A stretch of DNA of 63,636 bases, counting the filler, from Cercozoa sp. M6MM (Eukaryota; Protista; Endomyxa: Ascetosporea), in assembly GCA_040357565.1 (NCBI GenBank). It is 11 parts of 11 records of this genome, joined end to end, with 100 filler letters (N's around TTAATTAATTAA, not from the genome) between each part and the next. Parts side by side here need not be neighbours in the genome. Positions count along the whole stretch, not along the records: positions 10,715 to 14,363 come from JBDODJ010001370.1; positions 14,464 to 16,666 come from JBDODJ010001821.1; positions 16,767 to 35,528 come from JBDODJ010000226.1; 8 more parts are not named here. The stretch is one strand, 5' to 3'. Position 1 is the first letter of the stretch. Each line of letters begins with the position of its first letter. Below the pieces are notes generated by a model. It saw only the letters and a program-made list of their open reading frames with translations. It was not told where the DNA came from and searched no databases. Made by a program: the position numbers and the translations under genes. Shown in pieces: positions 13,701 to 26,552 of this stretch.

Positions 13701-14293
13701 CGCTCGAACTCGTTTTTCCAGTTGAGCGTCGTCGACAGCGGCGCCACCACCAGGAAGGGTCCCTATGGGAGGGGGTAAGGAGGTAGGGGTAGCGGAGTAA
13801 GGGGTAGGGGAGTAGGGGGTAGGGGAGTAGGGGGTAAGGAAGCATACCCAGATACGCGCGACGCACATGAGGTAGTGCACGTAGGCGACGGACTGGATGG
13901 TCTTGCCGAGGCCCATCTCGTCGGCCAGCACGCAACCGCGGCCTTGGTGCCAGTTGAAGCACAGCCAGTTCACGCCTTCCACCTGGGGGAGGGGGGGGGG
14001 GGTCATGGGGATACCTGGGTGGAGGGGGGGGGGGGGGGGGTAAACACCTGATAGGAGCGCAGCTGGTGCTCGTTGGCGTAAGGTGGCTGCAGTCGCTTGC
14101 CATCGCTCTCGACGACCATGTTCATGACGGTGTCCTCCTCGGGCACTGCCACTGCCGTCTCACCGTCGCGATCACCGTCAACGTCGTGATCACCGTCACC
14201 GTCAGTCATCTCGGCACCGTCAGTCGGCATGGCACGTGGCGGCGGCAGCACCGGCGGCACAAAGTCCGGCACCGGCGGCAGCGCTTCCTTCTC

Positions 14294-14295
<2 letters not shown>
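10715..14295 (-). CDS. CHD-family (CHD6-9-like) SNF2 chromatin remodeller, partial
   Basis: LRSYQ|[104 protein letters not shown]. The introns I checked are GT-AG. Confidence 0.93.
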
Positions 14296-14363
<68 letters not shown>

Positions 14364-14463
14364 NNNNNNNNNNNNNNNNNNNNNNNNNNNNNNNNNNNNN
14401 NNNNNNNTTAATTAATTAANNNNNNNNNNNNNNNNNNNNNNNNNNNNNNNNNNNNNNNNNNNN

Positions 14464-14512
<49 letters not shown>

Positions 14513-14525
14513 ATTGTATCTACAG

Positions 14526-14796
14526 GAGGCTTTGTCTGCTGCGCTCAATCTTGCACGGGAGGTACGTCTTGCTGCGTTTTTTATATTCGTGTTTCACTCA
14601 TCTGTAGGTCTTGCCGAACGGACCAATTGCACTGCGTGCGGCCAAGAAAGCGATCAACGAAGGCAGCGAATTGCCTCTTGAAGCCGCAATGGCGGTGGAA
14701 CGTGCGTGCTACGACATGGTTATCCCCACAAAGGATCGTCTTGAAGGACTCACTGCTTTTCGTGAAAAGCGTCGTCCACTGTACAAAGGCGAGTAG
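14526..14796 (+). CDS. Enoyl-CoA hydratase family (methylglutaconyl-CoA hydratase, AUH-like), 3' end
   Basis: [17 protein letters not shown]...[32 protein letters not shown]. Confidence 0.85.
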
Positions 14797-14975
14797 CAAA
14801 CTTACCGTACGTGCAGCGACATTTCAACGTTACGTTGTTACCGCAGCCTTTAGTAAATCGGGCTTTGGCAGTGCAAAAAGAGCACTACGCCAGGAGAAAG
14901 ACCCAAGATACCTTCCGCGCATGTATTAAAATGTCTCTCACCAAGCATGAAGTCGACTTCGATGTCTGGGGAACG

Positions 14976-15112
14976 TCAAAAGGGGAGTTGTACGGTCCTA
15001 CCCTAAGCGGGCGGTACGGTCATGCTCTTGTGACCCGCCCCAGACTGGTGCAGGGGAACTACATAGTGGGTTTCTTAGAAGACTCAACTAAATGTCTCTC
15101 AGGGAGGGCTTG
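14976..15112 (+). repeat. Dispersed repeat, copy 1 (contains a GC hairpin)
   Basis: Aligns by eye with the reverse complement of 38562-38700. Confidence 0.8.
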
Positions 15113-15404
15113 AGTGAGGTCTTCGAAAAACACTCAAACACTCAGACAAAATTCAAAATTCGCACTCTCAAGGCAAGATTTCTCTACCAAAGACTTGGAA
15201 CCGGTTCTGACAGACTGAATGCACCAAGCCTAAAGGCACCAAAATCTTCTGGTCCCAGCACTAGCAGGCGCAGAACCGTAGGTCCCCGATAGAGACTAGG
15301 CCACTACTCGTAGCACTAGTGGCGCATGGTCGACTTTGTGTCGTGTGCAGATCTGGGGACGTCAAAAGCGGGTGAGCTAACTATCTTTGGATTAAATTGA
15401 ATTC

Positions 15405-16616
15405 CTACGGGACCAGGCTCACATCGGAATGCTGCGCTGACTGACTTCGCAGCTGTGCTATCTCCTGGCGCAGTTTGTCATTCTCAAGTTGAGTCTATGT
15501 ACAGTAGGTGAAGTTACGGTCAACAATCAAAAATATTTCGTACAGAAAAACTGTAACAATGGTTTGTACCTCGATGGCACGCCGCTTCCAATAGCCGATA
15601 TCAGACTGTTGAAAGTTGGGACACAAAAGCACTCTCACACTGTCGTTTGAAGAGAAAAATCTACAAAAGACACCTCACTGTCCGACGACAGTGAGCAGAT
15701 CTGCCCATGCAATATCCGAATGAAGTCAACAAAGTCAATGATGTAAATACGGTATTTGTTCGAAGTAGTCTTGCTGCGTCGCTTTCAGTTAAACGCTAAG
15801 CACATATTCTTTCGACTGCAAACTAAAGAGAGAAATGGCAAAATCGTTACCGAAGCGTCCGTTGGTATACCGTGCGAGTGCTGCGACGAAGCTACAAAAA
15901 AAAAGTGTTTGAGAAGCACGCGCAAATAAAATGACAGAGGTGTGTACTTTGCAGCATGCCTATAGCCGCATCACCGGCCTCAAGCACACCCTATTTACGC
16001 ACAAACGCATCTCAGGCACAAACGTGCAGATCACCCAGCTGACCTGATCACTGGGACAGATCTGAAGCCTCGCACGTTCAATCGCACCCTCAATTTCCTT
16101 TTCCTGAAGCCGATACGCAAATAGCGAATTCCAACATCAAAATAGCGATTCTCCTCTCCCTAAGGCAAGATACCAGTTCTTTCTTGCCAATGCGTGATGT
16201 TCGGCGTTTTATAATCAAGGTAACCAATAGTTGAACTACATGCACAACATTATCATCGTGCATTCAAAGCTCCAAAGAAGCGTCTGTACCAGCCTGTGAA
16301 GATCCTTCTCCACAACTCAACTCACTGAGAACGAGATTTACAGCCACAAAACTGCGCGTCCCCAAAACACAGACAATTTATGCACAACGATTGTGACATC
16401 AGTTTAGATTTACAACTGGAGTTCGGCCACAAGACGCGCGCAGCAACGTTCTTGCTGGTTCATTTTCTTTCTTGATTCAAACTGATCGACGGCTGCACAG
16501 AAAAAGCGCTCTTGACCAGAAATATGCCCATACAAAGGCAGTTTCACCTGTATCAGCAAGAGTTTCGACACGCAGTTCGTCTCTCAGCTGTGAACAAATG
16601 ACATGCCAAGAAACCG

Positions 16617-16620
<4 letters not shown>
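15405..16620 (-). CDS. Hypothetical micro-exon-rich gene with coiled-coil C-terminus, partial
   Basis: Hand-spliced GT-AG exons join without stops: EKEIEGAIERARLQICPSDQ|ACCK|LRRSTRT|FAVERIS|RLLRTNT|ICSLSSDSE|SDIGYWKRRAIE|TQLENDKLRQEIAQLRSQ...VP*. Confidence 0.65.
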
Positions 16621-16666
<46 letters not shown>

Positions 16667-16766
16667 NNNNNNNNNNNNNNNNNNNNNNNNNNNNNNNNNN
16701 NNNNNNNNNNTTAATTAATTAANNNNNNNNNNNNNNNNNNNNNNNNNNNNNNNNNNNNNNNNNNNN

Positions 16767-19389
16767 GCCGTCGCCGTTTTGCACACCTTCACAGGTATTG
16801 GGGGTACACGGGGGGGGGGGGGTAAAGAGAGATAGGGGATAAAGTACCAATTGCGTATCAATGGCCTTGTCAAACCGACTTCCATAAGCTTCTGCAAGCA
16901 TTAATATATATACACACGTATACATACAGTTAAGGACAAAACTGACGGTTGCGGAAGTGAGTGGCGTGATCAGCGATCACCACGTGGTCACGTGTCTCCA
17001 AATTGACGCTCTGGAGTAACCCTTGCGTTGACGACGGTGCCGGCAGACTCGCGTTCACCAGGGCCGGGTCAATTGACGCACTCTCCAGCGACACATTTGC
17101 CGTCGCCTGTCAAGCCACACATCCCTTAGTTACCTTCCGCGTGGACACACGGACAAACATGAAATGAAAAGTTACCTCTAAAAACAGCGGGATCAGCGAG
17201 GAATTCGTGTTTTTCGAGTGCACGAAAATCTCGGCTTTTTCGTTCTCTATTTGTTTCTGCAGCGACAGGTGGGGGGGTGTAGGGAGCGGGGATATATGGG
17301 ACACACAAGGCTACCGGGTCTAGATGCGAGTTCCACCGCGCACGTGCCATATGACGCGACAGACCGACTTGCGCGATTTCAATCGTCGAATTCAAACGTG
17401 TGTTGGCAAAGGAGAAAGCTTGAAACTCGGGATACGGAACATAAGGTTCCAAACACCCGAATGGTGCATTTTTGAGGATCGTGGTGCAACTGAAGCTTTC
17501 GACATCCGCGCGGAGCATTCGACTGCCAAGTGAGTCAGTCGTTTCACCTGCACACGTGTTGATATATCCGCAGATGTGCTAAAGTCGTTATTTAATCAAA
17601 GATACCGTCGAACACCAAGTAGACTGGTTGCGGGCCACTTGCTTCGTCGCTGTTGAGAATTAGGGTTAGAAGTACAGTGGGTAAACGCAAGGCATACTAC
17701 CCCAGAGCATCAACGTGGGGTCGCATGGCATTGGCCACAGCCAGCAATGTGACGAGACCAGACACAGCACCGTCAGCACCCACCGTGTCGAACTGCGTCA
17801 ACGACAACGAGTCCATGTGTGTCATCACAAAGACTTGTGTCTCATTTAGCTACAGCAGAAGAAATAAATCGCAAAGGGAGCGATAACAGAGGTTCCAGAA
17901 ACACAACACGTATACCATCGGCGTCTCGGCACGCCGAATCTTGGTTCCATAAGTCGCCCAAACCGAATAGCCTACCAACCATCCGCGCGGACACTCAAAC
18001 ACACTCAACAGTCAAATGAGGAAAATACCGCCACGCGGCAGACATGATGCATTGTCGAGACACTTCTTCGATGAGGTGTTCACTGCGGAAACACAATGAA
18101 AAAGGGGTAAAAGGAGGTTCAAACGATAGAAGAGTCAAAGCCGGGATTTCTCACCTTCATTGGCATCGTTGTCGCGTCGCTCGGAGAATGAAGTGTCGCG
18201 CGACTGCAGTTTCGCACTGCGAAAAAAGTAACTAAAGACTGGTATCACTGTTCAACGTACCTCATTTCAAGGTTGAGTTGCAGAAAGTGCCGCCCGCTGA
18301 TCTCTCTGACACCCGGCGTTTCTCCGACCTGGGATAACAGTTCAATCATCGCGAAAACCGGAAAGAGGAGTTAACCAGTACCAAAGTACCAAATTAGCAA
18401 GTGCACGACGCCGCACGAGCCGCGATTCGAGTCGGTCGAAAAACACAATAGGCACGCCAAAATCTGCGCAGTTTTGTAGTTTGTTTTTGGTAGTTTAAAC
18501 CGCGTCGAAAATACCAGTCGAACACAAGTCAGTGCCAGCGCTGTTGAAATCAAACTGCGAGAAGCGGTCGATGCGACGATTTGCACACGAAAAACGCACT
18601 GTCAATTGGTCCTTTTGGACTTCAGCTTCGCTAGAAACAGCATTGGTGTCCTCAGGCGTCAGAAAGGCTATGGCAGTGACGTAATCGAGGACTTTCTTGT
18701 CTGGTTTCTCGTTCCTACAGCCAAAGAACGCATGTTTGCATTTGAAAGTTTGATTGAAGATTTTGAGAAGCAAGGGTACCGTGGGTGCAAAAAGGTTGAA
18801 GTGACGCTTTTGTCATTTAGGAAAGTGTCATCCAGCGCTAGAACGACCTTCTTCTCATTGCCAAGGAGCTTTTTAATCTCGCCCTCGTCCTCTCCTGGAA
18901 AGCGAAACGTGAAACGTACGGTGAGTGAGAAGAAAAATATAAGTCAAGAAGTACCGAGAAGAACGTTCAGATCGTTTGCAGTGTGAACGAGCACTAATGC
19001 ACCCTGAACGCCATGTCTACAGAAGAGGATACATGCAGCCAACCAGGGTAACCAAGTGCCACTCATACCTTGTCGTGGAGCAGCCGGCGACGCCTGAGCA
19101 AACTCGTCAAGTTAAGAGGGTCAAAGACGCAAACAAGGATTCGCAGTACCCGTGCTGGTGAGCGTTCGAACACAATAGGACGCACTGGGCAGACCAGCGA
19201 ATACATCTTGCTCCCAAGCAGATACCTCCTCCGGAAAACGTCCGCCAAGCACACTAAAACCTGCACCTATGTACACGAAAGTGTAGTAACACACGGTAAC
19301 GCACTGCCATTAAGCCCGTGGCAAGTGAATTTTGCCAAAATTCACGTTTCAGTACCTATCACGGCCAAAGAGGCCGCCAGGCGCAGCAT
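16767..19389 (-). CDS. NCSTN: Nicastrin (gamma-secretase subunit), 3'-partial
   Basis: Signal-peptide start MLRLAASLAVI, then CVRTLTSTG|VAGCS, MDSLSLTQFDTVGADGAVSGLVTLLAVANAM, GETTDSLGSRML (DYIGS-region equivalent), IEIAQVG, PSSTQGLL...VVIADHATHFRN. Confidence 0.8.
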
Positions 19390-19611
19390 TGCGAAGCACT
19401 CGGGCTGACTGGTGGGAGATCGAGTTTTGTCGTTTCCAGATGAAAAATTATCGCCTATCGATACAGTATCATTTTTTGAGGCGAATTTCCTAGGTTGCGG
19501 TTCCAAGATCAGCGTTTTTCATACGAAAACGATGCCCGCGCGGACAACACCAAATACCAGTATCGTCTGAACGGGTTGCAAACTGCTTGAGTGCCTGAGC
19601 GCATAGTCGGT

Positions 19612-21941
19612 ATGGACTCGCTAGAGCTGCAGGCCGTTGTCGGCTTCAATGGTGCGATATTTTTCTCTTGGTCGCTTTGAAATATAACATCCGGTGTCTG
19701 TGCAGGAAACCCGCCGAACGGATTGATTCTTCATCCGAACGAGAAGGAGTTCATCTACCCTCTGGGTAGTTCAATTGTGATTCGGCCTATTCTTGGTGAT
19801 GGCCAGCGCTTCTTGAGCGATGGAGGTCACAAGCACGAAATCACGACACTCGCTTTGAGCAAGTCTGGCCGCTTCCTCGCGACAGGTGAACGTGCGCCCA
19901 TGCTGGGCATGCAGGCTGCGGTTATCGTCTGGGATCTTGAAAACGATCAGATCCTGCACAATCTGTCACTGCACAACGCTAAAATCCGGTGTTGCGCCTT
20001 CACACACAATGAACGGTTCCTCATTACGATGGGTGGGTTCGATGACAACAAGGTATTGCGCGTATCAAATGTGCGTGTACCGAGTTTACTTTTGAAATCC
20101 ATCGCGCAGGTGGTCGTTTGGGACCTTGAAACAGGCGAACCTGTCTGTGGAGCAAGTGCGGGCAAAGACGCTGGCCTTTGCTTGCAGGCATTCCACAACA
20201 CGGACACTCAGTTTGTGACTGCTGGAAAGTACCACGCGCGCTTGTGGACGATCGACCTTGAAAACCACAAGCTGCGTCCGGCAGACTTTTCCGCTGGCAT
20301 TTTGCGACGCGTTATCACGTCGGTTGCACTGTCGGAAGACGATGTTTGGCTATTTTGTGGCACTACATCCGGTGACGTGCTTAAGATTGATGTGAAAAAT
20401 CGTGTGCTCAAGCACACAGGACCTGCAGGTTCGCAGCGTCTGGGTCAGGGCGTCACTGCTGTCGCTTTGCCACGCGAGCGAACGGTGAAAGTTAGAGTGC
20501 GCGGTCAGCGGAAACGCACTGAAAACACTACTGTCGGAGAAGTCGTTGTCGGTTCGGGAGATGGTACAGTAGCCGTGCTACGCACGGACGATCTTCGAGT
20601 CGTGAGAAAGCACACATTTGACGAGTACATCACATCACTTGTGTTGAACAAGGCGCATGACCACTTCTTTGTTGGAACTCGACGTGGCTCAATTTATCTG
20701 ACAGAACTGGCGACATTGGACAACGAAATGCGCGCTTCGGGGCACTTTCGGAAAGTGCAGGACGTTTGTTTCGCGCATGGCAGCAATGGCATCTTCTTGA
20801 CTTGCTCGAGCAACGATATTCGCGTTTGGTACCTCCGTCTTTCTTGCTTTCTTCTAGGGTATTATATTTTTGCGTGATAGGAACTGCAAGAACGCGTCTG
20901 AGTTGCTCCGTATTTCGGTGTCGGAAACGGAGTGCAACGCGATCGCTTTGACCAAATCAGGCAACGCTATTCTCTCCGGATGGACAGATGGCTGCATTCG
21001 CGCGTTCGCACCGCAGAGTGGCCGCATGCTCTTTGAAATCCGCGACGCGCATTCGCAGTTTCATGGAGGTGTGACAGCACTGAAGATATCCAGTGATGAT
21101 GACAAAATCATCTCTGGTGGAGGGGACGGCACTTTGCGTGTGTGGGCCTTGAAATCCCCGCATCATGAGCTGCTGGTGAATTTCAAGGAGCACAAAGCGT
21201 CGGTCGCCGCGATTGCAATGACGAAAGACGACTCTGAGATCACATCGGTGAGTCACGATGGCAGTGCGATTGTTTGGGACATGACGCGTTCGCGACGTCG
21301 TACGGCAATGTTTGCGAACACTCAATTCTCAGCTGTCGTGTACCATCCAGACGAGTCGCAGCTGGTCACAACGGGAACTGATAGACAGCTCACGTTCTGG
21401 GATGCAGTGGATGCCGACGAAATCCGAATCCTCGAGGGTTCTCCAGTCGGTACCACAATTCATGCGCTCGGCATCTCAAGCGATGGCAGTATTCTCGTGA
21501 GTGCTGGTTCGGACAAGTGCATTAAAGTGTGGCTCTACGACGCGGGCATTCCGATTTCTGTGGGCCGTGGGCACAGTGGCGCTGTCACCGCGGTTGCAAT
21601 TTCTCCTGACAACTCAAAACTAGTGTCAGTCGGTGAGGAGGGTGGCATCTTCATCTGGGATCTCCCAACTCGAGAAACGATCCACGAGGTAAATTTACTG
21701 ACACCAAAACTGTTGGTGGTTTTTCCCTTGTGAACTCTTGACTGGTCTCTCGTAGAAGGAAGAAGCCGAAAATGCTGCATGGACGACGGAAGAAGCGATG
21801 AAAGGGGAACAACGACCCCTCGGAGCGGCTTTAGAGACAAGCGAGAACGTTGAAGAAGTGCCTGATAGTGCGGCAACAAAGGCCGAAGAAAACCGTGCAG
21901 CTGTCGGCGAGGCCAGTGCTCGGCAGTCCGGGTGTCAATGA
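19612..21941 (+). CDS. CFAP52: Cilia- and flagella-associated protein 52 (WDR16), WD40 repeats
   Basis: MDSLELQAVVGFNG...LILHPNEKEFIYPLGS, ILSGWTDGCIRAFAPQSG, VVYHPDESQLVTTGTDRQLTFWD, GHSGAVTAVAISPD. Confidence 0.9.
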
Positions 21942-22179
21942 CGTGAGTAGTTGAACGACATTAGTGCAGTATATTGCAGTATTGCCCGGCCGTAACTTTT
22001 TGTACAATTGCAGTTCAATGTCAGTGTGTCGATAGCTCAGTTAACCGGCGCTTTATCTTGCTCCCTGAGTCCTTGGTCACATAGCACTCGGAGAACCGAT
22101 AACCTTCGGCCTTTCGCTTGACAGAACAGAGTCGAGATTTTATCTGAAAGATTGGTCACTTACTGGCTTCACAGCTCAC

Positions 22180-25100
22180 ATGCTGCACTTTCGTGCAGTG
22201 GCACTGTGTGTGTTAGTGTTCTTGGGTTTCCCGTCGCATACGTACGGCGACTGTCGCGCCAGTGCGCTTGAGTTTCGAAATGGTTTCGTCAAGCGACTCC
22301 AGCAACGTCGCTGCTGCACTGGAGTTGGTGCTTCAGTCTTTCCCAGCCCTGCTTAAATCTAAATCTAAGTGTTCACCACACTCGCAGGAGGTCTGGTGAC
22401 AAACTTGATCCCGCTACTGTGCACGGTGCGACGTGGAAGGCGATGTGCACAGCTTGCCTGTCGCTACGAACCTGCCAACGTTGTTCAAGGGTACTGTGCC
22501 CCAGGAAAAAGTTTGATAGTATCTAAGTTCACCCCGTGGTAAAACACTCCTGCTTAGACCGGCGTGTATCGCAGATGTCTCTGGAACGGGTGACATGTGG
22601 GCCACTATGGCGGCCCCGTTTTGTCCTGAAGGATGCTCGGAGAGTGAGCTCAAGCAGCAGCTTGTCCAGGTAGTCCCCGCAGCGCTAGTTGATGGCTTGG
22701 TAGTTGCGTTAACTAAAACGAATCTGTCAGGCAACGAGGCAGTCTGGAAGAGTGACTGATATGGCAGCAATTGCGCGCATCTCTCCGGATTTGTTCCGCA
22801 CGTGTTTCGATGGGTTTGGAACTCTTTCGCGACGGCGTGCACTTGGCACGGTGTGCAACATTCGATGTGTCTACTCGGATACGATGCACACGTACACATT
22901 CTACTTTACTGCAGTACTGCTTTGGTTATCCTGAGGCAATGCAAACTGAAACTGTGCCTCTAGAGCAAGGTGCACATCATCGGGCTGGGTACTCGAAACT
23001 GACGGCGTTTGCCCACCACCATGCAACAAGGTGAACCCGTTTGCAAGGTCTCTGACTGAGTATTATTTTGGTGCAGGTGCTGCCGCCGACAAGTACGCCT
23101 CGTGCAGGGCAAACTGAGACCTCGTTTACTGGGGGTGGCGTTCTCCAGCGCTTCAGTTCAACCTTGCCAGCTGGAGCACGTGCACAGGTCACATGCAAAC
23201 TGCGGCAGTCGCAGACAGTAAATTCACGGCATTCCAGTCGGTGCATATTTCGTTTGTTTTAATACTGAGGAAATTTAGGTCGTGAGTGAGTGCACCAACG
23301 GCGCTTGGGAGGTGGTCCGAGGTGATCCCAATCAAGCGTGTCAAGAAGGATGCGCGCGCTCGCTTATGTAACCTTCAATTACCTTGCTCAAAGCAAGATC
23401 ACAAAGAGATACTGAGATCAAATGCAGACAACCTCTGGCACCATCAGCGACAACTGCAATAGTGAATGGTGCCTGCGAGCAAGCGGAACGAAGGTACAGC
23501 GAACATGTTTTGTCAAAAGTCAGCTATACTCTTCGTTTCTCTCAACAGAGGACTGGCGAGCCGACTTCTGGAGACAGTGCGCCCTCGGCTTTGCAACAAG
23601 ATCTGTCCTGATGGCAATGGGGCCATTCCTTCGCCTTTAAGGGGTCGATTGTATCATTTACGTCTAGAAAATACCCTTCGTTGAGTCCGGTATTTGATTG
23701 ATTGTGTAAATTTAGAGGGATAGTAGGTCAGTTTCCTCAAAACGATCCTGCCATCGTTCGCGTGCGCTACCGATGCTGGTAAATTTACCTTCGCTTCAGT
23801 TTATCTATCTGTTTGACTTCTTGCGGTACAGGCGGGGACTGGCGTGGCAGCGTTTCGATGGCACCTTCTATGACCAAGTACATTTAGACTAGCTATGTTT
23901 TCTTTATTTCAGTCACTCGCATCGTATCGGTTGCTTGACAGTGTCCGGGGCAACTGTGCAGCAAGGAAGACTTCCGCACGCAAACTGACCGTTTGCAACT
24001 CGGTCGTTCGCGCTTTCTTTCGCGTCGTTTGTACACGCGCGAGTTCGACTTTTCTGGGAGGTATATTGAGCACCTTCAGTGAAATTTACCAATTTGAAGG
24101 ACACAACATGACAAACAGATTTGCGGCAGAAGGCAGCGAAGCTCGTGCAGTTTGCTCGTATCCCCTTCTTTTTTCTCAAGTATACTAACATGAGTGCCTG
24201 CCTAAAGGAGTGCAAACGGTGACAACGGCGCCGGTCGCTCCTACACTTTTGTTTGCATGAACGGCAAGTGGCTCCTGCGAGCACCCGGATCATCTGCCAT
24301 CGTGCCGGATGTACGTAGCCTGTGACTAATAAAAGAAGAAAATGAACCAGAGATCCCTTGAATGCTGTAGAACCAACTGGACAACTTTGGGCGAGGCGAT
24401 TGCGTGGTTTGTACCTTGGAGGACCTTCGAGAGGTGTTCACTATTACCAGTGCAATGAGTCGTTTGGAAATGCACTCTGTAGGCAATACCCTTCATCGAA
24501 TTGGACGAGGACTGCCTGTCGCCTACACGTGCCAAGCGACCGTACAGACTGACTAAAAGGTAAGCGAGTAAAATTTACGATAGTACCCCCCCCCCCCCCG
24601 CAGACAAGAGCAACAAGGCGACAAATGTCGCGGCTTCTGCGGAGACCAAGTGTTTGAGTTTGAGTGCATTGCCATGCCTTCGTTGCGTGGCATGCGTGGT
24701 GTCTGGATGCAACGACAAGGCAGTGGACTCATGGCACTTGCGTCGGCCAAAAACGTATGTCAACAGGGCGCATGTGATCGCAATCAAGTCCTCGCACAGC
24801 TTGGAGTCTCGGCTACTGCTTTAAGATTTACCGATTGCACTGGCAGGGTAAACTTATGATAGTCGTAGGTGGGAAAACGAAAATACCCATACATATTGGT
24901 ACGATTTGTCTACAGGGCGACCCGAATCGACTGGCGGGAGGACGTAACACTGACCTTTCAATCTTAAAGACTGTGGTCATATGTTGATAATGTGGGTACA
25001 TAGAGACGTGCAAGGTGCAATGTCGAGGCAGCGGCGACCGCTTTGAGTTTGTGTGCGACTCCTCACAGCAGCGACTAGTGGTATCAGCACTTCTACTAGC

Positions 25101-26440
25101 CTTAACGCATCCACTCTCGGACATTCAATTTACAAATGTAGGTGATTGACCCGAGCGACCCATCGGAGCCACTTAGCTGCGGACAACAGTGCACTGTCGA
25201 CCAACTGGTAAAGTACGATAGAATACATCGAGTCAACTGATACCGTTTGAACACGTCAAAGAGGTCACTGAACCCGGATGGAGCCTTAAGTTGTCGACGC
25301 GGTTTGATCGGACCGCGACTGCGTTTCGATGTCGTGTTTCGAGAGGGTATTTGTCCTTAGTTTGATATCGGTACCCTCAGATAAGAGGTATTGAATGAGT
25401 AGGCGACAGATGCTCTGTCTCGTGTCTGTACGAGCGTCGTAGTGTCACCTATACTTGTGAAAGTGGTCGTTGGAACCCACGTTTCACCATCGCATTTCCC
25501 TTGCTACGACGTTCGTTTGGCAGTACCATTTGCCAGTCTGGTACAACGAACTCTATAGTTTATGTGCAGACATAGAGTGTGCCAATTACTCTCGTGAGCA
25601 GTGGCAGCAGCATGCGATAGCATGGCACTGCAGACATCGCTTCCCATCGGCACCGTCGGTACATTTTAATAGTACGAAGGTACAGGATGATGGAGTGTTA
25701 GCGAGCAGAGTTCTCGGAGCAGTGTCTGTTCCTCACGCGGAGTGGCGACGTGTGCCCTTTCAGATGTCATGCTAACGGTCAACTCGTTGCGTTTGCCTGT
25801 CTGTTTGGTCGGTGTGTCCACTTTATTTTCAGTTTGGCACTTTGGGCTGGGTCTCGAAAATTGTGTTGTAGTTGGGTCGACCCTCTCACGGGAGGTGCAC
25901 CTAGCTTGGCTTCGTGTGCCGACCGTTCCATTGGCGAGTTGAATGTTGAAACTTGCTCGGGTACTGGACGCCACATTCAATTGTCCCAATATCCCAACAG
26001 TTTATTGCTCCTGCAGGAACAGACTTGTTCAACAAGTTCGGCGAGTCGCCTGACTGCAGCGTAGGTATGTTGTACTGAGTAGGTATGCAAGCCTGTCGCT
26101 GTAGCTGCAACGCGTGAGCAGACCTCCAGTACCAACCGTCGCATCAGTGCACAGTTTTGTGTCCCGGTCAAAGTTCCTCAACTGCACTGGATGCACAGGG
26201 TCGTCCCATTCAAAACAGTGATCCCAATGCCAGCAATGGCGCCTACCTTGTTACATGTGACCCCGAGTCACTGGACTGGGGTACACTGTGCCTCACAACA
26301 TGTGATCGCAACCTCAATTTACTGTGCTTGCAGATATCCAAGGTGACACCACGCGCATCTGTGGAGGCGTGCCCTCTGGGTGTTCGCGCGACGATCTCGT
26401 TTCGGATGCCATTGTACCCTGTCCTGTCCTATCAGTTAAC

Positions 26441-26488
<48 letters not shown>

Positions 26489-26498
26489 NNNNNNNNNN

Positions 26499-26552
<54 letters not shown>

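Noticed and set aside
22025-22050. tRNA-like start gtgtcgatagctcagtt
   Set aside because: No downstream T-arm or B-box.
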